A stretch of 64,000 nucleotides of DNA from Candidatus Wallbacteria bacterium (lineage in GTDB: Bacteria > Muiribacteriota > UBA6191 > JACPRK01): contig JACPRK010000139.1 in the NCBI GenBank assembly GCA_016190005.1, positions 24,717 through 88,716 on the forward strand, written 5' to 3'. The translations under genes and the position numbers were made by a program. Below, piece by piece: positions 9,501 to 18,380 of the stretch. The first letter of the stretch is position 1. Each line of letters opens with the position of its first letter. The notes under the pieces are model-generated. The model saw only the letters and a program-made list of their open reading frames with translations, searched no databases and was not told the origin of the DNA.

Positions 9501-10112
9501 GGCGATCCTCTCCTCGAAGAAGATCATACGTCGAGGGAGCGGAGCGGACAAGAGCCGCCATACTGGCCCGCGACGAGGACATTGCTGCCCTGCGACTTCG
9601 TATAGGTGACGTGCTGTTCACGGAAGGCGGAGACAGGGACAAGCCGGGTCGTGGCTGGGTATGGAATGACGAAGCTGCTGAGTGCATCCATCAGAATCAC
9701 ATTTTCCGCGCAAGGCTGTTTCTGTCCGAAGTCGAACCGAGGTTCGTCTCGCTCCACGGCAACACGTTTGGGCAGGAGTCGCGCTCCGCTGGTACTCTCG
9801 AGGCGAGATTTCTCACGAGTAAGCAGCCGAAACTGCAGGCCTGAACCGGCGGGATTTCACGCTTGCTCTCGCCCGCGAACAGGTTGTCGCCATCGTGGGA
9901 GCGACTCGCTGCTCCGTGGCAGCCGCCTCTGGATGAAGATGATCGACAGGCTCTCATCCCTCTCCGGATACGTCATCTCGCGCATCTTCCGCATCAAACT
10001 CGGGGCGGAGCAGGCTCGGGCCGGGTCGAAAAAGCCAGCGGGCCTACGGGCTGAAATCCCCAAGAGCGAGAGCGGCCTCCGATCTCTCGGAAGCCGCTCG
10101 TGGACTGCGCTT

Positions 10113-10199
10113 TGGTGCCGAAGAGGGGACTCGAACCCCTACGGGATTACTCCCACTGGTCCCTGAAACCAGCGCGTCTACCAATTCCACCACTTCGGC
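10113..10199 (-). tRNA. tRNA-Leu (anticodon CAG)
   Basis: Reverse complement GCCGAAGTGGTGGAATTGGTAGACGCGCTGGTTTCAGGGACCAGTGGGAGTAATCCCGTAGGGGTTCGAGTCCCCTCTTCGGCACCA. It has a 7-bp acceptor stem, an anticodon loop TTCAGGG (CAG), a long variable arm, a GGTTCGAGTCC T-arm and an encoded CCA. Confidence 0.85.
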
Positions 10200-10334
10200 G
10201 GAGCGAGGGGAGGGTAGCAGAGATGGCCCTCTGGGTCAAGGAAATCGACGTGGCGGAGCGCGAAGCCAGGACACCCGGCAGACCTGGACCGGACGGCTCG
10301 GGCGCCCGGGAACGTCCTCGTGACCCGGAGCTGC

Positions 10335-11000
10335 TCAGCCCCCTCGAACCAGCGCCTCCAGACAGGCCTGCAGAAGGGCCGGCGAGCCGCCGGAATCGGC
10401 CAGGTAGCGCACCAGCGCAAGCAGATCGCCGAGCTCGTCGACGTCCCGCAACTCGGGAAGCAGCTCGACCGTCAGCCCGAGGGAACCGCAGCGCGCCAGC
10501 GTCCTCGAGAGCACGGCCGGCGTGCTCCAGGGGATTCCGGCGAAGAGACCCGGGCACGGCGACCGCAACGCCATCAGATAGTAGCCCCCGTCGGTGGCGG
10601 GACCGAGGACGACATCGGCCACTCCCAGCAGCTCGAAGGCTCGCCGGACGAGGGGCGCCCCCAGTTGCGGAGAGTCCGAACCGATGACAGCAGCGCGCTC
10701 GTACCCCCGACGGAAGGCCTCCTCGAACGCGCCTGCCATGCGCAGGCCGAGGTCTCCGCCGGACTGCGGCTCGACTGTCCACCCGGGTGGCGCCAGCCGG
10801 CGCGCGCGCTCGGACTCCTCCGCAGGCGCGAAGTAAAGCGCCCTGTCGCAGCCGGCGCCCTCCCCCAGCTCGATCGTCTCCCGAAGGAACGCCTCCGCGA
10901 GCCGCGCGGCCCGCTCGTCGCCAATGGACGCGGCAAGCCGGGTCTTGCAGCTCCCGGGCAACGGGACCTTGGCGAACACGATGAGGAGTTCCTTCGACAT
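10335..11000 (-). CDS. DUF2064 / TIGR04282-family protein (glycosyltransferase-associated)
   Basis: MSKELLIVFAKVPLPGSCKTRLA... DGGYYLMALR matches the DUF2064 pattern. An alternative upstream Met exists. Confidence 0.6.
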   Translation of the reverse strand: MSKELLIVFAKVPLPGSCKTRLAASIGDERAARLAEAFLRETIELGEGAGCDRALYFAPAEESERARRLAPPGWTVEPQSGGDLGLRMAGAFEEAFRRGYERAAVIGSDSPQLGAPLVRRAFELLGVADVVLGPATDGGYYLMALRSPCPGLFAGIPWSTPAVLSRTLARCGSLGLTVELLPELRDVDELGDLLALVRYLADSGGSPALLQACLEALVRGG

Positions 11001-11102
11001 GTGGGGCTCAGGCCGCATCCGGTGAAAGCGCTCGGCTCCGCTTTCCAAGAAGCCGACCGAAACCGGCAGCCGGGCGCGGTTCCGCGGCAGAAGTGAGGCG
11101 CC

Positions 11103-11790
11103 TCATTCCACGTCTGGCGAGAGCTGCGCCTTCAGCGCCTTCTTGGCGGCGCGCGTCATCAGGACGGCGGCGCCGATCGTGGCGGCCAGCCCCAGCCAGT
11201 AGAGCCCCTGCCCCATGGGACCGGGGACCGAGCGCCGCGGCCGGTAAGAAGCTCCGAGGCGCTGGTGACCACCGAACCCAGATAAACATACATGACAGTC
11301 CCGGGGAGCATGCCGAGGAACGACCCAAGAACGTAGTCCCGGAAGCCAACCCGAGTCAAACCCAACGCGTAGTTGAGCAAGTTGAAGGGAATCACCGGGG
11401 AGAGGCGCAGGAGCAAGACGACTCGGAACCCGTCTCGCTCCACGGCCCTGTCTATCGCCTCGAAGCGCGGCTGCCGCCGGAGCCGGCTCTCGACCCACGG
11501 TCTGGCGATCGACCTTCCCAGGAGAAAGGCCGCTGTAGCCCCCAGAACACTGGCCGGAGACACCAGCAGACTGCCGCCGATCGGTCCGTAGGCGAACCCG
11601 GCGCCGAGGGTCAGGACCGATCCCGGCAGCATCGTGATCGTGGCGGCGACGTAGACGATTTCATAGACAATCGCCCCTTCGACGCCATGCTGGCGGGCCC
11701 ACTCGACGACGAGAAGCAGCGATTGCGAGAGCGTATTGATGGCGGCCTCCTCTGCGATCCGAGACTCTCGACGTCCCGCGCGGTCGAGGG
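11103..11790 (-). CDS. DedA/TVP38/TMEM64-family membrane protein, copy 1, interrupted by an apparent 1-nt frameshift near 11215
   Basis: ...VEWARQHGVEGAIVYEIVYVAATITMLPGSVLTLGAGFAYGPIGGSLLVSPASVLGATAAFLLGRS...RLSPVIPFNLLNYALGLTRV matches the paralog at 41547-42254. After PVPWGRG the homologous C-terminus (GLYWLGLAATIGAAVLMTRAAKKAL) continues in another frame, which is ORF 11103-11498. No canonical start codon was found at the N-terminus. Confidence 0.55.
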
Positions 11791-11860
11791 TAACGCCGCC
11801 GGAGCGTGACCCGGGACCTCCTGGCACGTCTCCTCCTTCGAACCGCAAGGAGCCCCCACC

Positions 11861-14362
11861 GTGACCTACGACGAAAACACGACGTATCACACGCCCCGCC
11901 TGTCCCTGGTCGAAAGGCAAGGAACGGCGCTCGCCATCGACGGCGAGACACCCAACTGGATCGCGACCGACAGCCGCGGCGCCCGGCTGCTCGCGTTGCT
12001 CGACGGAAGACGCAGGCTGGCCGAGGTCGTGCGCGCTTATGGCGCCTCCGAGGGCCTCGATACCGCGCGAGCCTGGACCCACGTCCATGACTTCACGCGC
12101 GGTCTGGAGCGTCTCGGAATCGCGTCCCGTAGCGCCCACGTGACGGCGCCCTACCCAGGCCGGGCCTCGGCGTTGCGGCTGGAGCGTCTGTCGGAGCTCT
12201 GGCTCCACACCAACAACAACTGCAACCTGGAGTGCGCTCACTGCCTGGTCAACTCCGGCCCCGCGGGAGAGAGAGGCCTCCCGGGCAAGGCTCTCCGGGA
12301 CGTCCTCGCTCAGGCGCACGCTCTGGGTGTCCGCCGGTTCTACTTCACGGGCGGAGAACCGTTCGCTCGTCCGGACATCTTCGAGCTCATCGAGGTCGCG
12401 ACGAGGGAGCTGGACGGAGAGCTGATCCTCCTGACGAATGCCACGCTGCTCGAAGGTAAGCGGCTCCTGAAGCTGGGTGAGATGGACCGCCAGCGGCTGA
12501 GGCTTCAGGTGAGCCTGGATGGGGCCAGCGCCCGGACCAACGATCCGCTTCGCGGGCGCGGGACGTTCGACTCGATTTGCGCGGGACTGACCCGTGTCGC
12601 CGGGCTGGGATTTCCGGTGACCGTCACGAGCGTCGTGACGCGCGGGAACATCGATGAACTGCCGGGTCTCGTGGGGCTGGCCCGCTCCCTGGGTGTCTCC
12701 GACATCCACCTGATGTGGCTGCACAAGCGTGGCCGCGCGGCGACGGACGGCGGCTTGCACTTCCCCTCGACAGGCGAGCTCGTCAGGCTCACGCGCCGCA
12801 TGAGAGCCCTGGGACAGTCGGAAGGGATCGTGATCGACAACTGCAGCTCCGCGCGCTACCACGTCAACGGCCGCCCTGGGCTCAGGTACGACCTGGGCAA
12901 CCAGGGCTGGGAAAGCCTCTGCATCTACGCGGACGGCAACGTCTATCCGTCGGCCGCGCTCGCCAACCACCGGCCTCTGCGCTTCGGAAACGTGTTGGAA
13001 GAGCGGCTGGAGCGGATCTGGCGCGACAGCCCCACGGCTCGCGAAATCCGCGGGGCCTCGGTGCAGCGCAAGAGCGGCGCTCATGGAGACTTCCTGAAGT
13101 TCTTCACTGGCGGCGGAGACATCGAGCACAGCTACCTCTTCAGCGAGGCGAGGCTCGGCACGGGCAGCTTCCTGGCGGAGGACCCCTACTACGAACTGGC
13201 TCGGGAGCTGGCGCTGGATGCCATGTTCGAGCTGGCGGCCGAGGGCAAGCAAGCGTCGAACGGACGCTCGGGCTACGGCGCGCCTCCCATCTACCACGCG
13301 ATGGGACACGGGACCGTGGTGTGCGGGGCGGACGACATCGACGTGAGCTCCGACCAGGAGGTCCGAACGCTGCACTCCAACTGCGTCCTCGGCTTCGACG
13401 TCGAGAGGCCGCATCGAATCGTCGAGCAGTTCTACGGCGAGGCCGCCAGCGATCCCAAGCCGGGCCTCTGCTGTCCCGAGAGCTTCTCGAGGGAGGACGT
13501 ATCGCATATTCCGGCGGCGGTGCTGGAGCGGGCGTTCGGTTGCGGCTCGCCCGTGACGTTGGCTGGCGTTCGGGTAGGAGAGACAGTGCTCGACATGGGC
13601 AGCGGCGGAGGCATCGATTGCTTCATAGCTTCCCGCAAGGTCGGCGAGACGGGCGCGGTCATCGGCGTCGATATGACTGAGAAGATGCTCCAGGTCGCAA
13701 TGGAGAACTTGCCTCTGGTGGCCGGTGAACTGGGCTACCGAAACGTCGAGTTCCGCAAGGGGTATCTGGAGCGGGTGCCGGTGGATGCCGGCTCGGTGGA
13801 CCTGGTCACGTCCAACTGCGTCATCAACCTGTCACCGGACAAGCGGGCAGTCTTCTCGGAGATGTGGCGAGTGCTGAAGGATCACGGCCGGGTGGTCGTG
13901 AGCGATATCGTCAGTGAGGGGTCCGTGCCGGCGCACCTCAGAGTGAACTCCACGCTCTGGGGTGAGTGCCTGGGAGGGGCTCTTTCGGAGGACGAGTTTC
14001 TCGGAATGCTCGAGGCCGCGGGCTTTTACGGCATCTCTCTTCTGAAGAAGACGTTCTGGCAGGAGGTAGCCGGCTACCGGTTCCATTCGATCACGGTGCG
14101 CGGGTACAAGTTCGAAAAGAAGGCTGGCTGCGATTTCGTCGGCCAATGGGCGATCTACCAGGGGCCGTACAAGGCCGTCGTCGACGAGGAAGGACACCTC
14201 TTTCCGAGGGGGGAGGCCATCGAGATCTGCACCGATACGGCCGCCAAGCTGGAGAGGATGCCCTACGCGGGCTCGTTCACTCTGATCGGCCAGGCCGTCG
14301 AGGGCCGCACGAGCTCGCAGCAGGACACGCCCTGCTGCGAGCCCGGCGGAAGGTGCTGCTAG
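11861..14362 (+). CDS. radical SAM / SPASM-domain protein fused to an ArsM-type arsenite S-adenosylmethionine methyltransferase
   Basis: AAGGAG RBS before GTG 11861. CNLECAHC radical-SAM cluster motif. The C-terminal domain has ArsM hallmarks: GCGSP, the SAM motif VLDMGSGGGID, SNCVINLSPDK and LWGECLGGAL (the conserved catalytic cysteines). The last residues are Cys-rich (CCEPGGRCC). Confidence 0.8.
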   Translation: MTYDENTTYHTPRLSLVERQGTALAIDGETPNWIATDSRGARLLALLDGRRRLAEVVRAYGASEGLDTARAWTHVHDFTRGLERLGIASRSAHVTAPYPGRASALRLERLSELWLHTNNNCNLECAHCLVNSGPAGERGLPGKALRDVLAQAHALGVRRFYFTGGEPFARPDIFELIEVATRELDGELILLTNATLLEGKRLLKLGEMDRQRLRLQVSLDGASARTNDPLRGRGTFDSICAGLTRVAGLGFPVTVTSVVTRGNIDELPGLVGLARSLGVSDIHLMWLHKRGRAATDGGLHFPSTGELVRLTRRMRALGQSEGIVIDNCSSARYHVNGRPGLRYDLGNQGWESLCIYADGNVYPSAALANHRPLRFGNVLEERLERIWRDSPTAREIRGASVQRKSGAHGDFLKFFTGGGDIEHSYLFSEARLGTGSFLAEDPYYELARELALDAMFELAAEGKQASNGRSGYGAPPIYHAMGHGTVVCGADDIDVSSDQEVRTLHSNCVLGFDVERPHRIVEQFYGEAASDPKPGLCCPESFSREDVSHIPAAVLERAFGCGSPVTLAGVRVGETVLDMGSGGGIDCFIASRKVGETGAVIGVDMTEKMLQVAMENLPLVAGELGYRNVEFRKGYLERVPVDAGSVDLVTSNCVINLSPDKRAVFSEMWRVLKDHGRVVVSDIVSEGSVPAHLRVNSTLWGECLGGALSEDEFLGMLEAAGFYGISLLKKTFWQEVAGYRFHSITVRGYKFEKKAGCDFVGQWAIYQGPYKAVVDEEGHLFPRGEAIEICTDTAAKLERMPYAGSFTLIGQAVEGRTSSQQDTPCCEPGGRCC

Positions 14363-14479
14363 AGTCTCGCGGCGCATCCAGGACACGGGCCGCCTCGAGG
14401 TCCGGCTTCAGCACAGCCGCGAGGTGGCCGATCTCCGGTTGCGGCCGCGCTCCATCGAGGTCCAGTCTTGCCCGCTGGC

Positions 14480-16033
14480 TCAGCGTCTCCAGGCGAGAAT
14501 CGTCGACAGGACCTGCTTGACGAGCGGCGTCAGGCGCGTGCGGTTCCACGCGTCTCCCGCGCGCTTGGCGACCTCAGACTGGGTGGGGTAGGGGTGGACT
14601 GTCGACGCGATCTTGCCGAGCCCAATTCCCTGGGTCATCGCCAGCGTGAGCTCGGCCAGCAGGTCTCCGGCGTGCCGTGCCACGAGGGTCGCGCCAAGAA
14701 TCCGGTCCGAGCCTTCTCGCAGGACGACTTTCAGCAATCCCTCGGTCTCCCCGTCCAGGATTGCCCTGTCCACGCCGTCCATCGGTATACGCACGACGGT
14801 CGTGGCCATGCCTCTGCTTCTGGCCTGCTCCTCGGTGAGGCCGACGTGGGCGAGCTCCGGATCGGTGTAGGTGCACCAGGGTATCGTCAGGTCCGAGACC
14901 TTCTGCCTTCCGAAGAAGAGCGCGTTCTTCAGGACGATGCGGGCCATGGCGTCCGCGGCGTGCGTGAATTGAAAGGCAGAGCAAATGTCGCCGGCCGCAT
15001 AAACGTCGGGGTTGGACGTCCTCAGGTACTCGTCGACCTCGATGCCCTTGGCGTTGTACCGCACACCCGCGGCCTCGAGCGCCAGGCCGTCCAGGTTGGG
15101 TACCCGTCCGGCGCTGACGAGCACGTTGTCGACTTCGACATCCAGCGGCCCTTCGTGCGACGTCGCATAGAGGCGCGTGGTACCGTCTTCCCGGCGCACC
15201 TTCAGATCCTTTCCGCAGCAATGAAGTCGAACGCCGTCGCGGTCCAGGGCGGCGCGCACAATCTCCGAGAGCTCAGCGTCCTCGCGCGGAAGAATCCCGT
15301 GCATGGCCTCGAAGAGATGGACCTCGCTGCCGAAGCGGCGAAACGCCTGAGCCATCTCGCATCCGATGGGACCGGCGCCGATGATGCCGAGCCGCCTGGG
15401 CAACGAGGTGAGCGAGAAGAGATTCTCGTTCGTGAGAAAGCCGGCTTCGGAGAGACCGGGCACGGGCGGGGCACCGGCACGGGCGCCGGTGGCGATGACG
15501 GCCCGGCTGAACAGCAGGCGCTGTCCGGACACCTCCACCGTATCAGGCCCTGCGAAGCGGCCGGCGCCCAGGAACACGTCGACGCCCAGATCAGCAAATC
15601 GTTTCACCGAGTCGTGCGGGCTGATCCCGGCGCGCAGTCGGCGCATCCGCCGCATGATCGCCGGGAAGTCGACCCGAATCGCTTCGAAGGGGACCTCGAT
15701 GCCGAGCGCCGAGGCGTCCCGGACGTCAGCGATGGCCCGGGAGGATCGGAGCAATGCCTTCGATGGAACGCAGCCGACGTTCAGGCAATCGCCGCCAAAG
15801 AGCCGGCGCTCCACGAGCGCCACCCGCGCTCCGAGCGAGGCGGCCCCCGCGGCGGAGACGAGTCCTGCCGTGCCGGCGCCGATCACCACCAGGTTGTACC
15901 TGCCGGCCGGCTCCGGGTTGACCCAGTCCGCGGGGTGCACGTTGGAAGCGAGCGCGCGGTTGTGCTCGTCCAGCGGCTCTAGTTCCGGAACCTGAAGCGA
16001 GAGACTCTCGAAGTCGGATGCGGAAGACGTCAC
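14480..16033 (-). CDS. FAD-dependent pyridine nucleotide-disulfide oxidoreductase (mercuric-reductase-like, no NmerA domain)
   Basis: GAGTAG FAD motif, redox-active GGDCLNVGCVPSK, NAD motif GIIGAGPIGCE, and a C-terminal dimerisation domain TVHPYPTQSE. Confidence 0.85.
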   Translation of the reverse strand: MTSSASDFESLSLQVPELEPLDEHNRALASNVHPADWVNPEPAGRYNLVVIGAGTAGLVSAAGAASLGARVALVERRLFGGDCLNVGCVPSKALLRSSRAIADVRDASALGIEVPFEAIRVDFPAIMRRMRRLRAGISPHDSVKRFADLGVDVFLGAGRFAGPDTVEVSGQRLLFSRAVIATGARAGAPPVPGLSEAGFLTNENLFSLTSLPRRLGIIGAGPIGCEMAQAFRRFGSEVHLFEAMHGILPREDAELSEIVRAALDRDGVRLHCCGKDLKVRREDGTTRLYATSHEGPLDVEVDNVLVSAGRVPNLDGLALEAAGVRYNAKGIEVDEYLRTSNPDVYAAGDICSAFQFTHAADAMARIVLKNALFFGRQKVSDLTIPWCTYTDPELAHVGLTEEQARSRGMATTVVRIPMDGVDRAILDGETEGLLKVVLREGSDRILGATLVARHAGDLLAELTLAMTQGIGLGKIASTVHPYPTQSEVAKRAGDAWNRTRLTPLVKQVLSTILAWRR

Positions 16034-16395
16034 AAGGCCCTTCTTTCACTTACCCGGGGAACTGCGCCGGCGCGACACAGCACTGGTGATGGCCCCGGGT
16101 TGGAGAGACGACGGACATTGCGACTCGTCACGCTTTGAATCCGGGGCCACGACGTACGCTCGGCTCCGGGCGCGGAGCGTTACCCGCCGGTACGCCGCTC
16201 GTCTAGCACCCTGAGAATGACGCACAAGAAGCTGCTGCCGGGCTCTACAGGGAGAGAGCCGGGCAACTGCAGAGGAGTTTAGCAGAGCGGAACCGAGGGG
16301 ACTGCTCGGCGCAAGGGCTTCGCACCCGGCGGCGTTCACGACAACCTCCACCGCTGAAGTCGACGCAGTATCCTGGTCTCCTCGAGGAGGCACCG

Positions 16396-17085
16396 ATGGC
16401 ATCGCAAATTCACTTTGGCCCGCAGCTCTTTCGGTTTCTATCCGACCTTTCCCGGCACAACGACCGGGAGTGGTTCCAGAAGAACAAGCACCGGTACGAG
16501 CAGGACGTGAGAGATCCGATGCTCGCGTTCATCGGCGATTTTGCTCCGTACCTCGAGAAGATCAGCCCGGCGTTCCTCGCCGATCCGCGGCCCAACGGCG
16601 GTTCGCTGTTCCGGATTCACCGAGACGTCCGCTTCTCGTCCGACAAGAGCCCGTACAAGACGAACGCTGGGGCCCACTTCCGCCACGAATCGCACAAGGA
16701 CGCCCACGCGCCCGGCTTCTACCTGCATCTGGAACCGCGTGAGGTCTTTGCTGCCGCCGGCGTCTGGCATCCGGACGGCGCGTGCCTGACCCGAATCCGG
16801 CAGACAATCGTGGCCGATCCGGACGGGTGGCGACGGGCCTCGACCTCGAAAGCCCTCCGCGCGGCTGGAGCCCTCGGCGGAGATTCGTTGAGACGTCCGC
16901 CCGCGGGCTTCGATGCCGACCACCCGCTGATCGAAGACCTCAAGCGCAAGGACTTCTTCGCCATCGCCCGTCTCACGCCCGAAGACGTATGCAAACCTGG
17001 CTTCATCCGTGAGTTCGCGAAGACCTGCGAGGCCTTCTCCGGGCTCACGCGCTTCCTCACGGTGGCGCTGGGGCTGCGCTGGTGA
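16396..17085 (+). CDS. DUF2461 (TIGR02453) family protein
   Basis: LSDLSRHNDREWFQKNKHRYEQDVRDP...RIHRDVRFSSDKSPYKTN matches the DUF2461 pattern. Confidence 0.7.
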   Translation: MASQIHFGPQLFRFLSDLSRHNDREWFQKNKHRYEQDVRDPMLAFIGDFAPYLEKISPAFLADPRPNGGSLFRIHRDVRFSSDKSPYKTNAGAHFRHESHKDAHAPGFYLHLEPREVFAAAGVWHPDGACLTRIRQTIVADPDGWRRASTSKALRAAGALGGDSLRRPPAGFDADHPLIEDLKRKDFFAIARLTPEDVCKPGFIREFAKTCEAFSGLTRFLTVALGLRW

Positions 17086-17128
17086 TGGAACACTCGGCGG
17101 TCTAGACAGAGAGCCGGTCGAGCCCCCA

Positions 17129-18322
17129 TCAGAATGCGGCCTGCATGGCCAGCACGAGCTGGTCATCGCTGGTATGGCCACGCCCATCGTTACGCAGATA
17201 GTTCAGCTGAAGCTTGCTGAAGTGAGCGTCCAGGAAGTAGTTCAGCCCGAACGTGGTCGCCCGCTCGACGGAATTCGGCAGCGACAGATCCCGCTCCAGC
17301 GCCTCTCGCCGCACCAAGGTCTGCCAGCGAGTTGCGAGAGTGTAGCCGGCGGTGGCGAACCAGCCGCGCTCGCGCACCGCCTGGTCCCGAGCCGTGATGA
17401 GCTCTGCCTTGAGCACCCATCGAGGGTCAGGCTTCCACTCGAGGTCGTAGCCCATCCTGTCCTTCGCGCCCAACGTCGGACCCTGCCGGCCCCGATAGGC
17501 GGAGACGCCTACTTCGAAACTGGAACTGGGATGCCAGCTCACGAGTCCCGCGACGTCCTTCGCATCGTTCGTATCGTTCGCGTTCAATTCAGTGCCGTTG
17601 AAGAGAGCGAGCCGGAAGTCGAACTCGTCGGAGGCTCGACGGAATTGCACGCCCAGGTCTCGCCTGTCGCCGAAGATGCGGGAGATCATCGCGCGTTCGG
17701 CGAAATCGAGCCGGCCTGCCGAACCGCGGCCTTCCTTACCGATCGGGATCTTGAACTGGCCGAGGTCGAGGAACACGCGACCGTTGAGTCGAGCTCCCAC
17801 ATAGGCGTCCTGCAAGGGGCGGCTTGCCTGGATGATGCCCTGCGGGCTCTCGACCAACGGCTTGGAAGGGTCGAGCATCGCGTAGTAGTAGACGCTGTCC
17901 GTGAGGTCACCGGATATCTTCAGCTCCGAGCGCCGAACTCGAAACGTGTCCGGGGTTGGCTGACCCGCGGTGAACCAGCTCTGAACGAGACCGCCGATCC
18001 GAAGGATTCCACGCTCGGAGCGCGTAGCGACGTTGGACGCCCCGCGCCTCGGACGCGCGTACTCCTCGGGGCCAATTCCGCCTCGAGGGACGATGGTTGG
18101 CAGCGTTTGAGAGACGGGTTGAGTTGCCGCCTCTTGCCTGGCCTCCGAGAGGATCGCTGTCGCTTCGGCCGAAGACAAGACGCCCTTTTCCAGCAGCTTG
18201 CCGATCAGCTTGTCGACGGCGGTGGAACCCGCGGCGTCTGCTCTGGCGGCTGCGACCAGGGCGAGCGCGAGTACGAAGACTTGGCGAGTACGGAACAGGG
18301 AAAGGGCGTTGTTCGGTAGCAT
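17129..18322 (-). CDS. phosphate-selective porin O/P family outer-membrane protein
   Basis: Signal peptide, a beta-rich composition and a C-terminal ...LAMQAAF with terminal Phe. Similar to OprO/OprP-family porins. It sits beside a PiT gene. Confidence 0.7.
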   Translation of the reverse strand: MLPNNALSLFRTRQVFVLALALVAAARADAAGSTAVDKLIGKLLEKGVLSSAEATAILSEARQEAATQPVSQTLPTIVPRGGIGPEEYARPRRGASNVATRSERGILRIGGLVQSWFTAGQPTPDTFRVRRSELKISGDLTDSVYYYAMLDPSKPLVESPQGIIQASRPLQDAYVGARLNGRVFLDLGQFKIPIGKEGRGSAGRLDFAERAMISRIFGDRRDLGVQFRRASDEFDFRLALFNGTELNANDTNDAKDVAGLVSWHPSSSFEVGVSAYRGRQGPTLGAKDRMGYDLEWKPDPRWVLKAELITARDQAVRERGWFATAGYTLATRWQTLVRREALERDLSLPNSVERATTFGLNYFLDAHFSKLQLNYLRNDGRGHTSDDQLVLAMQAAF

Positions 18323-18380
18323 AGCCAGCGGTAGACGCCCCTGCCCCGTGCAGGTAACGCGCGCCGTTACCGGACGCTGC

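Noticed and set aside
9520-10100. Short ORFs between vapB and tRNA-Leu, screened as possible integrase or toxin remnants
   Set aside because: Translations have no recognisable integrase (R..HxxR..Y) or toxin motifs and poor composition. Left unannotated.
11159-13507. 782-aa minus-strand ORF
   Set aside because: Antisense reading of the radical SAM-ArsM gene, with a Gly/Arg/Ala-rich composition and no domains. Only its last ~200 codons (11160-11790) are a real DedA gene.
14480-16033. Calling the oxidoreductase a true mercuric reductase MerA
   Set aside because: It lacks the N-terminal HMA (NmerA) domain and the C-terminal vicinal Cys pair. It belongs to the MerA-like group that co-occurs with DedA proteins. 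Function unknown.
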